Assembly: GCF_963853765.1 (NCBI RefSeq)
Contig: NC_088861.1
Span: 32,550,001 to 32,614,000 of the forward strand
Length of the DNA: 64,000 nucleotides
Source of the DNA: Magallana gigas
Taxonomy: Eukaryota
Direction of reading: 5' to 3'
The notes under the pieces were generated by a model, which saw only the letters and a list, made by a program, of their open reading frames with translations, was not told the DNA's origin and searched no databases. This document shows, piece by piece, positions 38,172 through 51,079 of this stretch (positions within the stretch are counted from its first letter, which is position 1; every line of letters begins with the position of its first letter). The translations under genes were made by a program, and so were the position numbers.

Positions 38172-40710
38172 TAAACAGAAGTATGAGTTAATTGGAGATA
38201 ACTGGGATAAGAACATTGTGCCATCATATAGAACCAGTCAGTGTAAGACCTTATCTCTGCATTTGTTTCATATCATAGCAGTTGTTGATAGGATTATCCC
38301 TACACCTAGACATGAAGCAGGAAAAAGACTTTCTATCAGTGATTACATACCATCCCTGAAAGAACAAGAAATCTTAATCCAGGAATTAACTTTTCTGGTT
38401 GCAACATCAGTTGTCCTGAATTTAGAACAGATCAAAAAAGCCATGGCTGACCTATATCCAATGCATTTGCAGCATGATCACAGCGATAAAGTTGGCATGA
38501 AAACTCAACAGGTAAGAGAGTATATATGAATCTTTCAGATTAAGCGTACTCTGTTAGTTGAGGTCAAATAGAATTTTCCACTCTAAAATGTCTAAGGTAA
38601 TTTCAGTGATTTTTAAATATTTGAAAACTTCTTATAACACAAAACTGGGTACCAGTAATTTAAAATATAGTCAAACATAATTAAAGCCTTCTCATATTCA
38701 GTATGCACATTTAACATATAATGTTAATGTCTGTTATAGTTTCCTTTGGGTCTTTTTGACTGCAATGAGACAAAGAATCAAGAGGTGATCAAGCTGTTGA
38801 AGTTTTTGACAGAGAAATATGTACCCCTTGATGGTGATGAAGTAATTGATGAAGTCTTCTTTGGAGAATTGTGTAGTAAAATTTTCAATGCAATTTACAT
38901 ATCTTGAGAAAAACGCAGTGTGACCTATACATGTATAAGTTTCTATTGACTTATAATTTCTAGGAGACAGGTAACAAATGAGCGTGTTCAAGGAGCGCAA
39001 CGAGCAATGGAAAATGCAGAAACTTCCAAGGGAAAACTACAAGGTTTTATATCAAAGATTGAGGATTGGCATCGCATGATGAATTTTCTTGAGGAACGTT
39101 TATGGGAATTTGATTTGTTTTGAAGTACGATTGTCATTTTTTATCATGCTGATTTCCTGTGAAATTTTTTAAAGTTAAATTGACCTCAATAAAAAACAGA
39201 TTGCATTTATTTCTTGTGTGAAATCATACCTGTAATTAATAATAATGCTCAAATAATTTTATTATGATTATGCCCCTAAAATATTTCTTGCTCTCATTTA
39301 TTTTATGTACATGACCGGAGTAAGACAGCTTTAATTGCAGTAAACTATATAAAATTCTTTTCTTTTTAGGCTATTTGCAAGTCAACGTTTAAGCAGGAAT
39401 CGTCAGCAGAAAGAGGAACTATGTACTATTTTAAACTATTTTAAAATCCTGTTGAACGCAAAGAATGTAAAAGGAAAAGTGAAAAATTCATTCCGTGCGC
39501 ACAAACTACTCTATTATGTAGTATTTGATGCATTATGTTGCTCCTTGTTCATGCAGGAAATGAATGTAGAGGATGAAGATCAATTGTTACAAAGTGATTT
39601 TCAAGAGAAGACTGATGAAGACAAAATCAGTTGGCTGAATGAAATCTGCTGCAGGATTGTGAAGAAGTACATGTTTGAAAACAAAGAAGACATGTTCGAA
39701 CAACTTAGGAGTGTGCTTGATGATCCAGACCACATTGAGAACTACTTTGTAGCAAGTGATAACGATGATCGCTTTCAATGTCACTTCTGCCCAAAATCCT
39801 TTGTACAACTAAACAGCGTAAAATTGCATGAGAAACTTCTTCATCAACATACTGTGACAAGTAAGACATCTAGGAAAAGTAATCCAGAAAATGAGGATCA
39901 GCTCTACAACCACATTATGCTGATCTTCAAATTTGTGTGCTTACTGAAAAACCTGGATACTTCAATAGATATGGGAGATGGGGCAAGATCAGTTCGCTCT
40001 GCAAAGTATGAATTGCCAATCTTCAATAAAACTAACAAAACAAAATACGCCATAGGATGTGTTCATCTAACAACTCTAACAAAAGAAACGTTATCGAGTG
40101 AACAATGCCAGAGGTTAATTTACAACAGAAGCATTAATATTCAGGGAGGCAAGAACAACAATATGGCTCTAGACGAGTACCTAGAAATGCTGAACAGAGA
40201 CAGCAAAGAACTTGTGAAGGGTCATCAAACCAAAACAAGCATTATATCTCAATGTTAAGAATTTCCACATCTCATTAATTTTGCAAACCAGTTTGACATT
40301 ATTTCTCAAATTAATAGACGAAAATGCTTTCATCGTCTCCCAGAATACAAAGCCGACGTACGCAAAGTAATGAAGGAATTCAAGGATATTAAAGCATTTG
40401 AATATATGTTTACATTTATTAAAAACTATAAAGACGAGTCGAAAATTGGACTGCAAGGGTTTGGCGAGCAATATGGACCCTTCTTATGAAACCTATCACA
40501 ATCTTCCTACCTTGATCAGGAGATATAAGCAATTGATTCCATTCAGTAGACTTAGAAATCCGAATTACTAATCCCACAATTTTTTGAGAACATACCATTT
40601 TTTCTTTCATATTTTACATTTCCTTTAAATATATATTAAATAATTGCAGCTTTACATTTTCTTGTCGGTAATTATTTTGAAAATCTGTAGTGTATTCTTT
40701 CTTTATTATA

Positions 40711-40926
40711 CCTGAACTGTGTTTTACAAAAGAACTTACGACAAAGCCGTAAATATTTTAAGTCGCATGGAATGATCTTTGATGAGTAAGATTCATATAA
40801 AAAACATTAATTTACAATTATTTGATTTCTATAATTAACAGCCATTAAAATGACCATTGATTAGTTTGTGATTACTGAGCATTCAGTTATTTGTAGGATA
40901 AGTTCTTTTGTAAAACACAGCCCAGG
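40711..40926. mobile_element. Small MITE
   Basis: Inverted repeat CTGTGTTTTACAAAAGAACTTA at both ends; TSD not clear. Confidence 0.7.
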
Positions 40927-41496
40927 CACCCAAAGACTTTTGACACAAGATGTAATCCAGTATTTCAAAATGGCAACAAAAGCATTTGAATATATGTTTA
41001 CATTTATTAAAAACTATAAAGAAATCTGATTTATGACAAAATAAGATTGGAACATTTCCATTATCAAAGTTGAAAAACGATTACATATCTGAAAAATTCT
41101 TTACTTTCAATGTATCGATGAAAGTAAAAACTCAAAAGAGGCTTAGACATTTAAAAATTGTCTGTTGTTCCTTTCACAGCTAAATCATGTTTACCTATTC
41201 ACATTTAATGCATTGTCAAAGTACATGTATCATGTGAACAATCCAATACAGTTAAGTCCACAGCAACAGATCATACAACATATGTATAAATGCATGAGTG
41301 AGTTAATAACACAAATGAAGTCAATTAAGACTGCATGGAACAACCAAGAAAGTTTATATTTTACAAATAAAAAAATAAATGCATGCATTCTACACAAAAG
41401 TAACATATATATGAAGTAACAAAATGGCCAAATACATTATCATAAATACCCGTATCATCTAATGAAGCATAAAAACCATCATCTGATAATTCATCT

Positions 41497-43624
41497 TCAT
41501 TGTAATACAAAAGTATCAGTGTCACTATCTTCCACCACATCCTCACATTTAACACATTCATTAATCTCAAGTAAGGTTTCTAGCTCGATCTTTTCACACC
41601 TACCACAATTGCACTTAACCTCACATATATCGCAACAAACATGAGACTCATTTTGAATACAGTTGGTTAACTCTTCTAAAAAATGAGACAATAGATTCCT
41701 CCTTCTACAATCTTTATTATCTAAAAATTGTCTAACATCTTTGTCAACATGTCTTTTATGTTGGGAACTATACAAAATGATGGCAGATAATGGCTGACCA
41801 TCTCTCCCAACCCTACCTAATTCTTGTACAAAGTCAACAATGCTTGTAGGAGGACAATACAAAATAACTGAATGACAATATGCAATATCAATACCCATTC
41901 CTAATGCTGATGTAGCGACAATTATATTCACTTCACTATCAGACCTTGAAAGTTGTTCTATAATAAATTTCTTTTTTTCAGATGGAGTCTCAGAGTGTAA
42001 CATTTCTATTTGACTTTTGTTATCAAACTCAGAATGCAAATAATGAAACACATTAGCAACATCTGCAATGGATTTGCAATATATAAAATTTTTTGGTAAA
42101 ATAATTGAATTAGCAGCAGATACTAACCAATACATGACAGATGCAATATCATGATCTATCTTCTTAACACATAATTTGATGTTAGGTTTGTCCGGAGACA
42201 CCGAAACAAAGTTAATATCACTTGACTTCAGGCACATTACTTTCATGACCCTGTTCTTGATCTGTGTAGTGCATGTAGCACTCAACGCCAAAACGGTGGC
42301 AGATGGGTGTAAGGTGCGAAATTCCCCAACATGGCGAAACCATCTTCGGAAAACAACTTCTTCTTCATCGGTTTCATCACCACCCCTAATTTAAAGAAAA
42401 GCTATTAACAGCAATAATTCAATCATTTACTGTAACAGTTATGAAGATATGAAAGAGTTAAAAAGTTTCCTTATGAAACTATAATTTTTGTATCATCAAG
42501 ATCTATTTGAATGTAACAAGCATGTTTAACTACATTTATAGGTATACACGCATTATGGTGCCTAAAGAATAGGTGCCCCATTAATTTTGTTTATGTTAAA
42601 TGATTAACACAATTTACCATGGTAAGATATTATAGTTCTGGCTACAACTTAGGCATGGAAAAAAGAGCGTGATGAAATGTCTAATTTTTGTAAAAGTGTA
42701 GAGTTGTAAAAACAGGGAGTGGAAAATAATTACCACGTAGCAATTGTATGAAATTCATCTATAACCAGGAGGCCAACATTCAGCTTCTGTATATGAGAAC
42801 GCCACTGGAGATCTCCAACAAGCGCTTCAGGCGAGGCAAAGATGATGTCAACGTCCCCTGCTTTTATTCTCTCATCTCCCTCTGCGGAATTACCTATTCA
42901 ATAATTTATATTCAATAAGTCAAATATGTCAAATGTGTAAAAATACTACAACAACCTGTAAATCATTGCAGTGCGATTGTGAAATAAGTCAACGCTGTAC
43001 ATACCAAAGTATGATAGCATTTTCAGCATGTCAATGTAAAGATTTGTTACAGAGTGGGTAGAATTACCCCATGATCAGTTTTTAAAGATCTGCTATAATC
43101 AGCAAGTTTCTTCAAATTTGACAAAGAAGGACTAAAACGTTTTATTAAGTAGATGTATTGTTTTTAATGAAAAAAGTAGGGGCGAAATCTAAATTCACAT
43201 ACTTTTTGGCACGCAAATATCATATGTACACCATCTTAAAACTCTTGATGTACCGTCTATTGCTATCGCAAATCTACATGCTTAAATTTATGTTTGTTTT
43301 GTTTTTATAATCGGCTAATGAATGAAATCTCTCTTAAATACCTTTGTACTCTACTATGAGGCCTGCAACACCGTTCAGACGGTTGACTTGATCCTCCATC
43401 AAAGCCACAAGAGGACAGCAAACTACCACCTTCGGCGTCTCTTCGCGTTCACCAAGTCGCTCTCTCATCGCAGGAATGAACATCTGGTAGGGAAGAGACT
43501 TCCCATATCCAGTAGGAAGGACAGCTAACGTATGTCGCTTACCAAGAATCGAGTCTAGTATCTCTTTCTGCTTATCTTTTAATTCTACTTTAAACAACTG
43601 AACCACTTTCTCGTACGACGCCAT
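41497..43624 (-). CDS. RecQ-like SF2 helicase of AcademH-B (3 exons: 43624-43342, 42893-42734, 42385-41497; 443 aa)
   Basis: GT-AG joins keep the frame. Motifs LPTGYGKS, PLVALMEDQ, IDEFH, LSAT, ATSALGMGID, QELGRVGRDG, and an RQC-like CRR...CCDIC. The acidic tail may be frameshifted. Confidence 0.88.
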
Positions 43625-44106
43625 TTTGGATTGATATATCGAACTGGATAAAGAAACAAGCATTTTCATTGGTCATTTTTTTATTAAGTAAGGTCATGAC
43701 ACGGGGTCACCAGAACGTGACCTGAACGGGGTTGCGTTAGATCCTTTCACGAGCGGTATCCATATATAACAGAGAGCGAGATGAAAGGTCTAATTTTAAT
43801 TACATTGCGTAATCCCTTAATTGAAGTAACTCTCTATATTTACTTTTCTATTATTCTCTATTGTTAAAAATGTTTTGTTATCTATATGTAATTGATGGCC
43901 ATGTTTAATTATACTCATAACAATCAGAAATTACTTTATTTATTATCATTTTTGACGACTTGTTGTTTTGTATGATGCCACAGTTAACATTTCCCGTGCT
44001 TTCTGGTCGGCGCGACCACGCTGCGAGGGTGACTTTTCAATTCCCACTAGAGCTATAATGAGTTCTTTAGTTTAATTTATAATCTTTTTTTTTGTGTCCG
44101 GTTTTT

Positions 44107-46680
44107 TATAAGGAATAAGGAATCATTCTTTGAGTATTATGAGGTGATAATTTCGGTCGGGGCGTGGTCAAATCAATTAAAGCCCGAAGGGCTTTATGAT
44201 AGATTTGACCACGCTCCGACCGAAATTATCACCTCATAATATTCAAAGAATGATTCCTTATTACTTATATTTATATTATTTCTAATGTGCACGATTAAAG
44301 ATCTAATAATTATAACATTTTTACCGTTGTTTTCTTTCGTATAATTATGCAAACCCCACTGGCGCCCCAGGAATACGTCATTTGACACTTGCATCACACG
44401 TGTGTTGTACATGAAAACTCACAGACATGTATTGAAGAGTCAAATTTGCAAATTTATTAAGTCGATACAACAAAATATCAAATCAAATATCATTTGATTT
44501 TTAAAAACAAATGTGTGTAGTTGCAAAATAGTAAATAACTAGAGTGTTTATTTCGTGATAGCGGAAGGTACTTTCCTCCTGCGCGGTAAGGCGGTCGATC
44601 TACACCTCAGTCGAGATTGTACTTGATGGTAATTGAACAGTTCTCAAAGCGGGAGTTATTCAAAACTCCAGATTTAATGCTCGAGTCGGACATGGTGGAA
44701 CAATTAAGTTCATTTTTGACAGGTAAGTTGGAATTTTCAGAATTATAGGGAACGATTTGAAGATTCTGTGATTGTTGGCCGGAAATTACACATGAATCTT
44801 CAGATGGATCATTTATTTTGACACTTGCGGTGGTTATTGTAGATAAAGTTGCACTCGCACTTTTTTTTGGGGTAGAAGACAGTTCACGATTATAGCTACG
44901 TATGGAAGCTTCGTTGCGATGCCCGGAGAAGTACATGATGTGTCTTGCTTCAAATCCAGCGTCGTTCATGGCCTGAATTGCTGTCGCTCTTAGACAGTGA
45001 GCTGTGTAACCTTTGCACCCGGCGGCCTTGCAAATATCCGGAAGGAAATTAACATATGATCGCTTTTTCATGGGATCGGCTGTGTACCATATGTTGCAAT
45101 CTTTCGGGTAAGAAATGGCATCTTTCACGCATTTATTGAAAAGATGAGACGCATTTGGGTCCGTTTTAGACAAGAAGAACTTCAACATCTTCACAGGACA
45201 AGTTTCGTTTCCAGTTTCATACATTCTTTTGTCGTTCAGTGCTTCAAGTTTGTGAATGCCCCCTTGATAGTTTTTTTGTTTTGTTTCATGCTTCAAACAA
45301 GCATATATGGAGCCTTCTTCGTCAACTTTGAAATCGAAGGAATCTACCCGAAGCTGATGATGGAATTCAAGACCACGAGACACAAAATGTATCGCGATGA
45401 TGTACCACATTGCAAGTCGCAGATTGACTGGAGAAGAATATGCACTCTCCAGGTAAGCAGAAATTTTCTGTAAATCTGATTTGTGAATGATCTCCTTATG
45501 AGTTGTAGGGCGAGAAGTTCCAGTGACCATTCTATGCTTCATGAGACCGGTCAAACTTTTATTTGCAGTTTTGAATGCTTTATCGTTTACAATGTCTATA
45601 TTTCGACCGATGTCGGATAAATGCCTGTTTATGGCGGCTCTGATTGCTTTCATGGTATTTTTATGATATTCGGAGGTATGCTCCTTTTTCGGGTTTTGGG
45701 GTTTTGCTTCACAGTAAAAGCGACTGAGTTTTTTCGCCAGATCCTCCTCGCAAATCTCAGCCATATCTAGAGGGACTCCAAACGTTTCAATATGCCAATC
45801 TGTAATAGAAAACGCACAATGATATCCATGTTTTGACAGTCATTTGAGAAAGAACTGTAACTGCATAATATGGGCTGTTTTTGTTTGCGTTTAATTGCTG
45901 CTTACTAATATTCACTTTTTAAAAAAAAAAGAAGCGTACCTGTAAGAATCTTTAAACCCCATTTGGTGCTTTGTTTTGTAGCCTTTGATTGTGTGAGTTC
46001 CTGAAATCCTTTAATTTCGTCGTCGGAAAGCTTGGCAAAACGAGTACTTGTTGGCGTTTCTGGGGCTGGCAACCCGGGATCATCGGATTTTTTCAAATCG
46101 GCAAATGCCTGTTGGGTTAATGTTATATCGAAGTCCGAATCGATTATTTCGGATAGAAAATTGTCAAAATCAGAATCAAAACCTTCTAATTTTAATTCTG
46201 GCAGGAGGGCTTCATAATTATCCCCACTAAATACTTCAAAATCGCCATATTTTAATGCATCTGATATATCGTCGTTCATGGTGGCTGCATTCGATCGAAA
46301 TAAAAAATGAAGTGATCAGCAGACGATCATTATAAGAAATCTATTCATCAGCAGACGAGCCGTTTATATAAAATATTTAAATTGCATATTAAGATATTTT
46401 TCTATAAATTTTATTTTAAATGGTAACCTTTACATGCTCATTTTAATATTCAATCATTTTGTGTGCGAAAAGAAAACATTTCAAAACCACTACTTTTTTT
46501 ATTTAGCACATGCAATGTATTACTACGCGCGCCGTGCAGCCATTACCGTTTTTCGGTTTTGCTATAAGACACGCCCATTTTGTGTCACTCATATTTTTTG
46601 ATGTTATTCGGTTTTAGGGTTCAAAATTGATTTGTAATGTTATCACAGACAAAGACAGGTGAAAATGAAAATATTTTTAA
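44107..46680 (-). mobile_element. Crypton-type tyrosine-recombinase element (right boundary approximate)
   Basis: YR gene flanked by a long palindrome (44107-44269) and by a conserved block (46480-46605). Both also occur in the mini copy at 51080-51315. Confidence 0.8.
44607..46279 (-). CDS. Tyrosine recombinase, Crypton/DUF3504-like (2 exons: 46279-45940, 45799-44607; 510 aa)
   Basis: Phase-1 GT-AG intron gives ...KILT D WHIE.... Catalytic pattern SRG.E, K, HCLRAT, SGHRNEASIRSY. No stops seen. Confidence 0.9.
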
Positions 46681-46851
46681 ATATTCAATGCACAAATTTC
46701 CAAGTACACGCCCCGCGCTTGTTTATTTCATTTGTTGATAAAAGAAGCCTTTTGAGAGAGACTTTTAGAATAACTTTTCAAAGCTGTACAGATTGACAGA
46801 CATATGGCTTCACAGGTATGGAAGTTGAAAGATAAGTATTGCTAATATATA

Positions 46852-47077
46852 CTGTGGAATCATTAGATTTCGTGGTGGCTCAATTGTCATGGATTTCGTG
46901 GGTACCTCTCATCCACGAATTAACATCCTCCACGAATTATATATTAGGGCTATAAAGTCATACAATTGTACTTCGTTTTGTAGGTATAAGAAAATACACG
47001 AAATTACGTCCCCACGAACCTATAAAATTTCAGGAATCCACGAAAATTGGCCCCCACGAAAATTGATTATTCCACAG
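46852..47077. mobile_element. 226-bp TA-flanked MITE
   Basis: TA|CTGTGGAAT...ATTCCACAG|TA with internal CCACGAA repeats. Confidence 0.85.
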
Positions 47078-49904
47078 TACACCCTTGAATAGATAATAAT
47101 AAAAGTAGGGCTGAAAACCAGACTACGGGAGTTCTGTAATTGATAGCCGTTCGATATCAGGAAAGTTCATATTCAATTGTTTGGCTAGGATTGCACATAA
47201 AAAAAGGACAAATATGAAAAGGAATGGATCTTATATACGGAGGTAAGATATGAACATTGTAACAAAAAATCAATCAGCTTTTTACATTTTAGGGGTTTCT
47301 TTAAATGCGTGATATACAATCTAGGCCGATCGATTGGCAATCCGGACAAACATGTTTTTCACCACCATAGTGTCCTTTCTGATATATTTCATTTTATCAA
47401 ATCAAATATACAACATGACTACCAAATCAAATGAAATATATCAGAAAGGACAATAGGAACAAAAATTATCATAAATTTGTATATCATGAGATCTATACCT
47501 TCATATCTATATATTTCGTCCATGCAAAAAGACTTTATCAAAATATCCATTCCAAAGGTTGTAAAATGCATATTTATGATACATAGGTAAATATCAAATC
47601 TCTGTAAATTACACAATACATGTACTTGTACTACTGATTTACAGCTGTCTGCCAAGGCCGGGTCAATGAACGTATCGTTTCCTGATAAGAATGTGCCGGT
47701 CTCAAATAGCTTAACTTACTTATAATGCTAGCTTGGGATAGGCAATATTTTTTAATGAATGCACACGGACATATATTATGGAAAGTTTAAAAGTCTATTG
47801 CGCATATTTATATATGTCGGTCATACAGCAATGCAAGATGACACGTTTAACCTTGAAAAGTTTAACTTCGCCACGATTGCCTTCTCTGGAATTTTGGAAT
47901 TTAACAATACAACATCTGTATTTAGGCTGTCATCAACAAATCTCACGTACGTGTATTCATTGTGACATAAGGTTTGAAGAAGCACATGTATATGCTGGAA
48001 AAAAACCCCGCAGATTTACAGACCTTCCTGAATTAGGTAAAAACGTATTGATCATTGACAATATATTAAAACTTTTCTATAACCTAAGTATAATTGATCA
48101 ATGTGCAAGATTTTGTTGATGAGGCAGAATTCAGGATTTAGAAAATTTTTAGAACGTCGGATGCATAAGTTGAAAATGTACTTATTTTTCTTAGTTTTGA
48201 CATTAATTCCACGTGCGCGTTAAAATCAATGATCGAGATGATAGAAAATCGAAAGTCAATTTTGCAGAGTTTTGTGACAAAAGCTACATTATTTATCGAG
48301 TAAAAACTGTATGAAAGTTCTAGGTAGGCGGAATGCAAATGTATATATTTAACACCAGCATCATGAATTGAAATTATATATCTAGTTTATTTAACAGGGA
48401 ATGCGATTTGACTGAACTGGTACGTATATTATATATAAAATCCTATAGCTTGCAATGTCATTTTATCAAGGAAAATTCTCAAGGACTTGTCATACTGTTT
48501 ATTCTGCAAAAATACGCCGGAAAATCACACATAATTGGGTATGTATGAAACAGTTACAGTTAGTAATTGCGAACTCGGAAGACAAAAATGCATTTCATAT
48601 ACAGGTTGGGCACAGTAACCATATTGAGGAATGAATCCGAATGATTACGCCAAACGGGAACTATATATTCCCCTTTTCAGTACAAAAAAAAAATAAAAAT
48701 AAGAAATAGATAAAGTATAACTTCCGATACTGCACCAATACCGTCCCAAGAAGTTTTAGATATACTAAGGGATACATCTCCGTAACAGTACGGTTCAAGA
48801 AAAAGTTGTTTGCCAAAAGTTGTTGCATTACATGTATTCTAATGCGGATTTATATTAAAAAAATATTTTTTGCACTTAAAATTTGTATCCTATTTAAACT
48901 ATTATATCCCAAAAAGGATATTACATCCCATTTGGGCGATTGGTCCCAACCTGTTAAACTTTGTTTATGAAAATATTTGGGCTTATTTGATTTGCACGAA
49001 CACCAGTGTACATTTTTGTATTGTATATCATGTACACTTGCATGTACATTTTAATGGTGCTGTTTAAGGAAGTACATGTATAATATGGCAGAAGAAGCAA
49101 AATTTAGTAAAGGATCTAATATTCAGCGACGACATGAGGCTTTTTTCTCAATATAAATGTTAATACAATATATAAAAGACAACTTGTATGTTACTCAGTC
49201 TTTACCCTTATTAATATTACCTAAAATTATTTGTCAAGTTACTCATCCACCATTTTGGTGTCCGTGCTACATCTGCAGCACACGCCCCTCGCTTAATATA
49301 GAAATATACCTGATGTACACCAAAAAAAACCGCTACACTAGTGTAATTGAGTTTCAAAGTGTAGACACGGTGTAAACTTATTTGAAAAATCAAGCGCGCC
49401 TATCATGAATGCGTGCACATACGAAACCGAAACTAACACTTGTACGTCACAACGGTAGTAGAGTGAATTTTCTCCACACTATTCCGCCCTATCATGGATG
49501 TTGTTTCATTGAACTCAAGTAGACGTTTGCGTCGTATAAAAATTTGCTGTAGTCACTGGTCAAAAAATTTAATAATTCATTATGTAAAAAGAGTTCATCG
49601 GTTAAGGTTCAGGTACATATGTAACATTTTTTTCTATTTTTGAGCTCAAACAACTACTGCATCTTGTGGAGGGGGTGGCAGGGGATGCAGCAGGTTCAGG
49701 AAAAATTGTTTAGAAACACCCTTGCCTGGCTCTCACCGTTGGTTGAATGATCTTGGAACTCATAAGCAACTGTTTACAGTTACACATCTTTGTCGCACCA
49801 TCACAACTTTAAGGTGGTATGGGACACGTTGTGACGTACCATTTATCAAAATGAAATAAAGTGTAGTTTTACAAAACGTTTCTTTCCTAAAGTTTTCACC
49901 TAAC

Positions 49905-49972
49905 AGCGTGGCGCTGTGGGTTAGCGGGTTCATCACGAATATGTAAGTCATGATTACGAATCCCGCTGGTAA
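49905..49972 (+). repeat. Degenerate tRNA-derived sequence
   Basis: AGCGTGGCGCTGTGGGTTAG (A-box-like)...GATTACGAATCCCGCT (B-box-like). Confidence 0.35.
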
Positions 49973-51079
49973 TTTTAACATTTTTACCCTTTTAAACGTA
50001 TTTAGTTAATTATTATAAAATTTAAAATTCTTATCCAGTGAAAATATTTTTTAAATGCACGTTAATTCACATTTATATCGACAGATGTCCCATATCACCT
50101 TAAACAACTCACATTAGGCGAAAGCACGAAATCGCGAAAACACAAATTCCTACTTCCCTCCTTTGCATTACCATACACATCATCGTCAGCTTTCGTAACT
50201 CCAAATAATGTTATTCAATCATGAATTAGGACAGCTTTTGAAGATATTCTATCTTACAAATTCAGATACTTTTTCAGATACATATATCATTTCAAGACTT
50301 GCTTATATTCATACATGTACATTAAAATTTTGTATACCTGACAGTGTTGAAATCAGTAGGAGAGGCAATGTTGTCAAAAAACTCTTTATATAATTTTATT
50401 TCACTGATATTAATTTTTCTCGATAAAAAAATGTAAATGTGTTTGGTAATAAAAAACACCTATTTTAAGTAAACAAATATGCTACAATCTTAACACAAAC
50501 TTTATTAAAATTGTCAGATTTTTGTCGATTTCAATTTTCGCATAGTAAAACACAAATGCAATTTTCTAAGTAAAATACTAAAATAAAAAACAAGTCACAA
50601 ATCCTGAGTAACTCCATTTGATTAGTCAATTTTAAGGCCTTCACAAAATGTTTTACTGTGCCAAGGTTTATATAAAGTTATTGTTATTTTATATACAGGA
50701 AAACTATGGATGTATGTAGAAAGATGTTTTGATGGATCCCGCTATGTTATTCTCTGGGAAAACTAACTTCACTGCTTTTGAGGCTTGAAGAAACTCCGTT
50801 TAAGGAGCTGCAGAATCGTGTACAGGTAGCGCCACAGCAAGGTTGACAGATAGTTTATGTACATGCATGTACATAAAACCACAAAAAAAAAATACTTTTA
50901 ATTTACGGAGCACAAAATATTGCTCAACTTTCGGATAACTATAACTAACTATCTAAAGGTTGTTAAAGTAAATACTGTGTACTGTTGAAATATTTGACAT
51001 AAATTTTAATAGTTTTGCATATGATGATCGTCACTGTTTTTTTGCTTAAAGCTTTCTAAAAAAACTGTGCTAATTGTAA

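Larger units (their letters stand above)
33336..40460 (+). pseudogene. AcademH transposase, multi-exon, disrupted
   Basis: N-terminal CxxC...CxxC (CCLC, CTKC); GLILAHGG, IGDNWDK, FGD.VTNERV, KIEDWH, an internal CHFC...H...H finger, NKTKYA, NMALDEYLEMLN. MITE insertion and frameshifts. Confidence 0.82.
33163..43807. mobile_element. Complete AcademH DNA transposon B (10,645 bp)
   Basis: 103-bp TIRs (33163-33265 / 43705-43807, 2 mismatches); CA...TG ends; flanks CGTAATCCG / CGTAATCCC (9 bp, 1 mismatch); convergent transposase and RecQ-like helicase. Confidence 0.92.

Noticed and set aside
41497-43624. Host RecQ/WRN/BLM gene
   Set aside because: Minimal helicase core with no HRDC or exonuclease domain, enclosed in TIRs and a TSD; better explained as AcademH cargo.
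44607-46279. Domesticated host gene (ZMYM/KCTD1/QRICH1-like DUF3504)
   Set aside because: Catalytic YR residues are retained, and the flanks recur in a non-autonomous copy.
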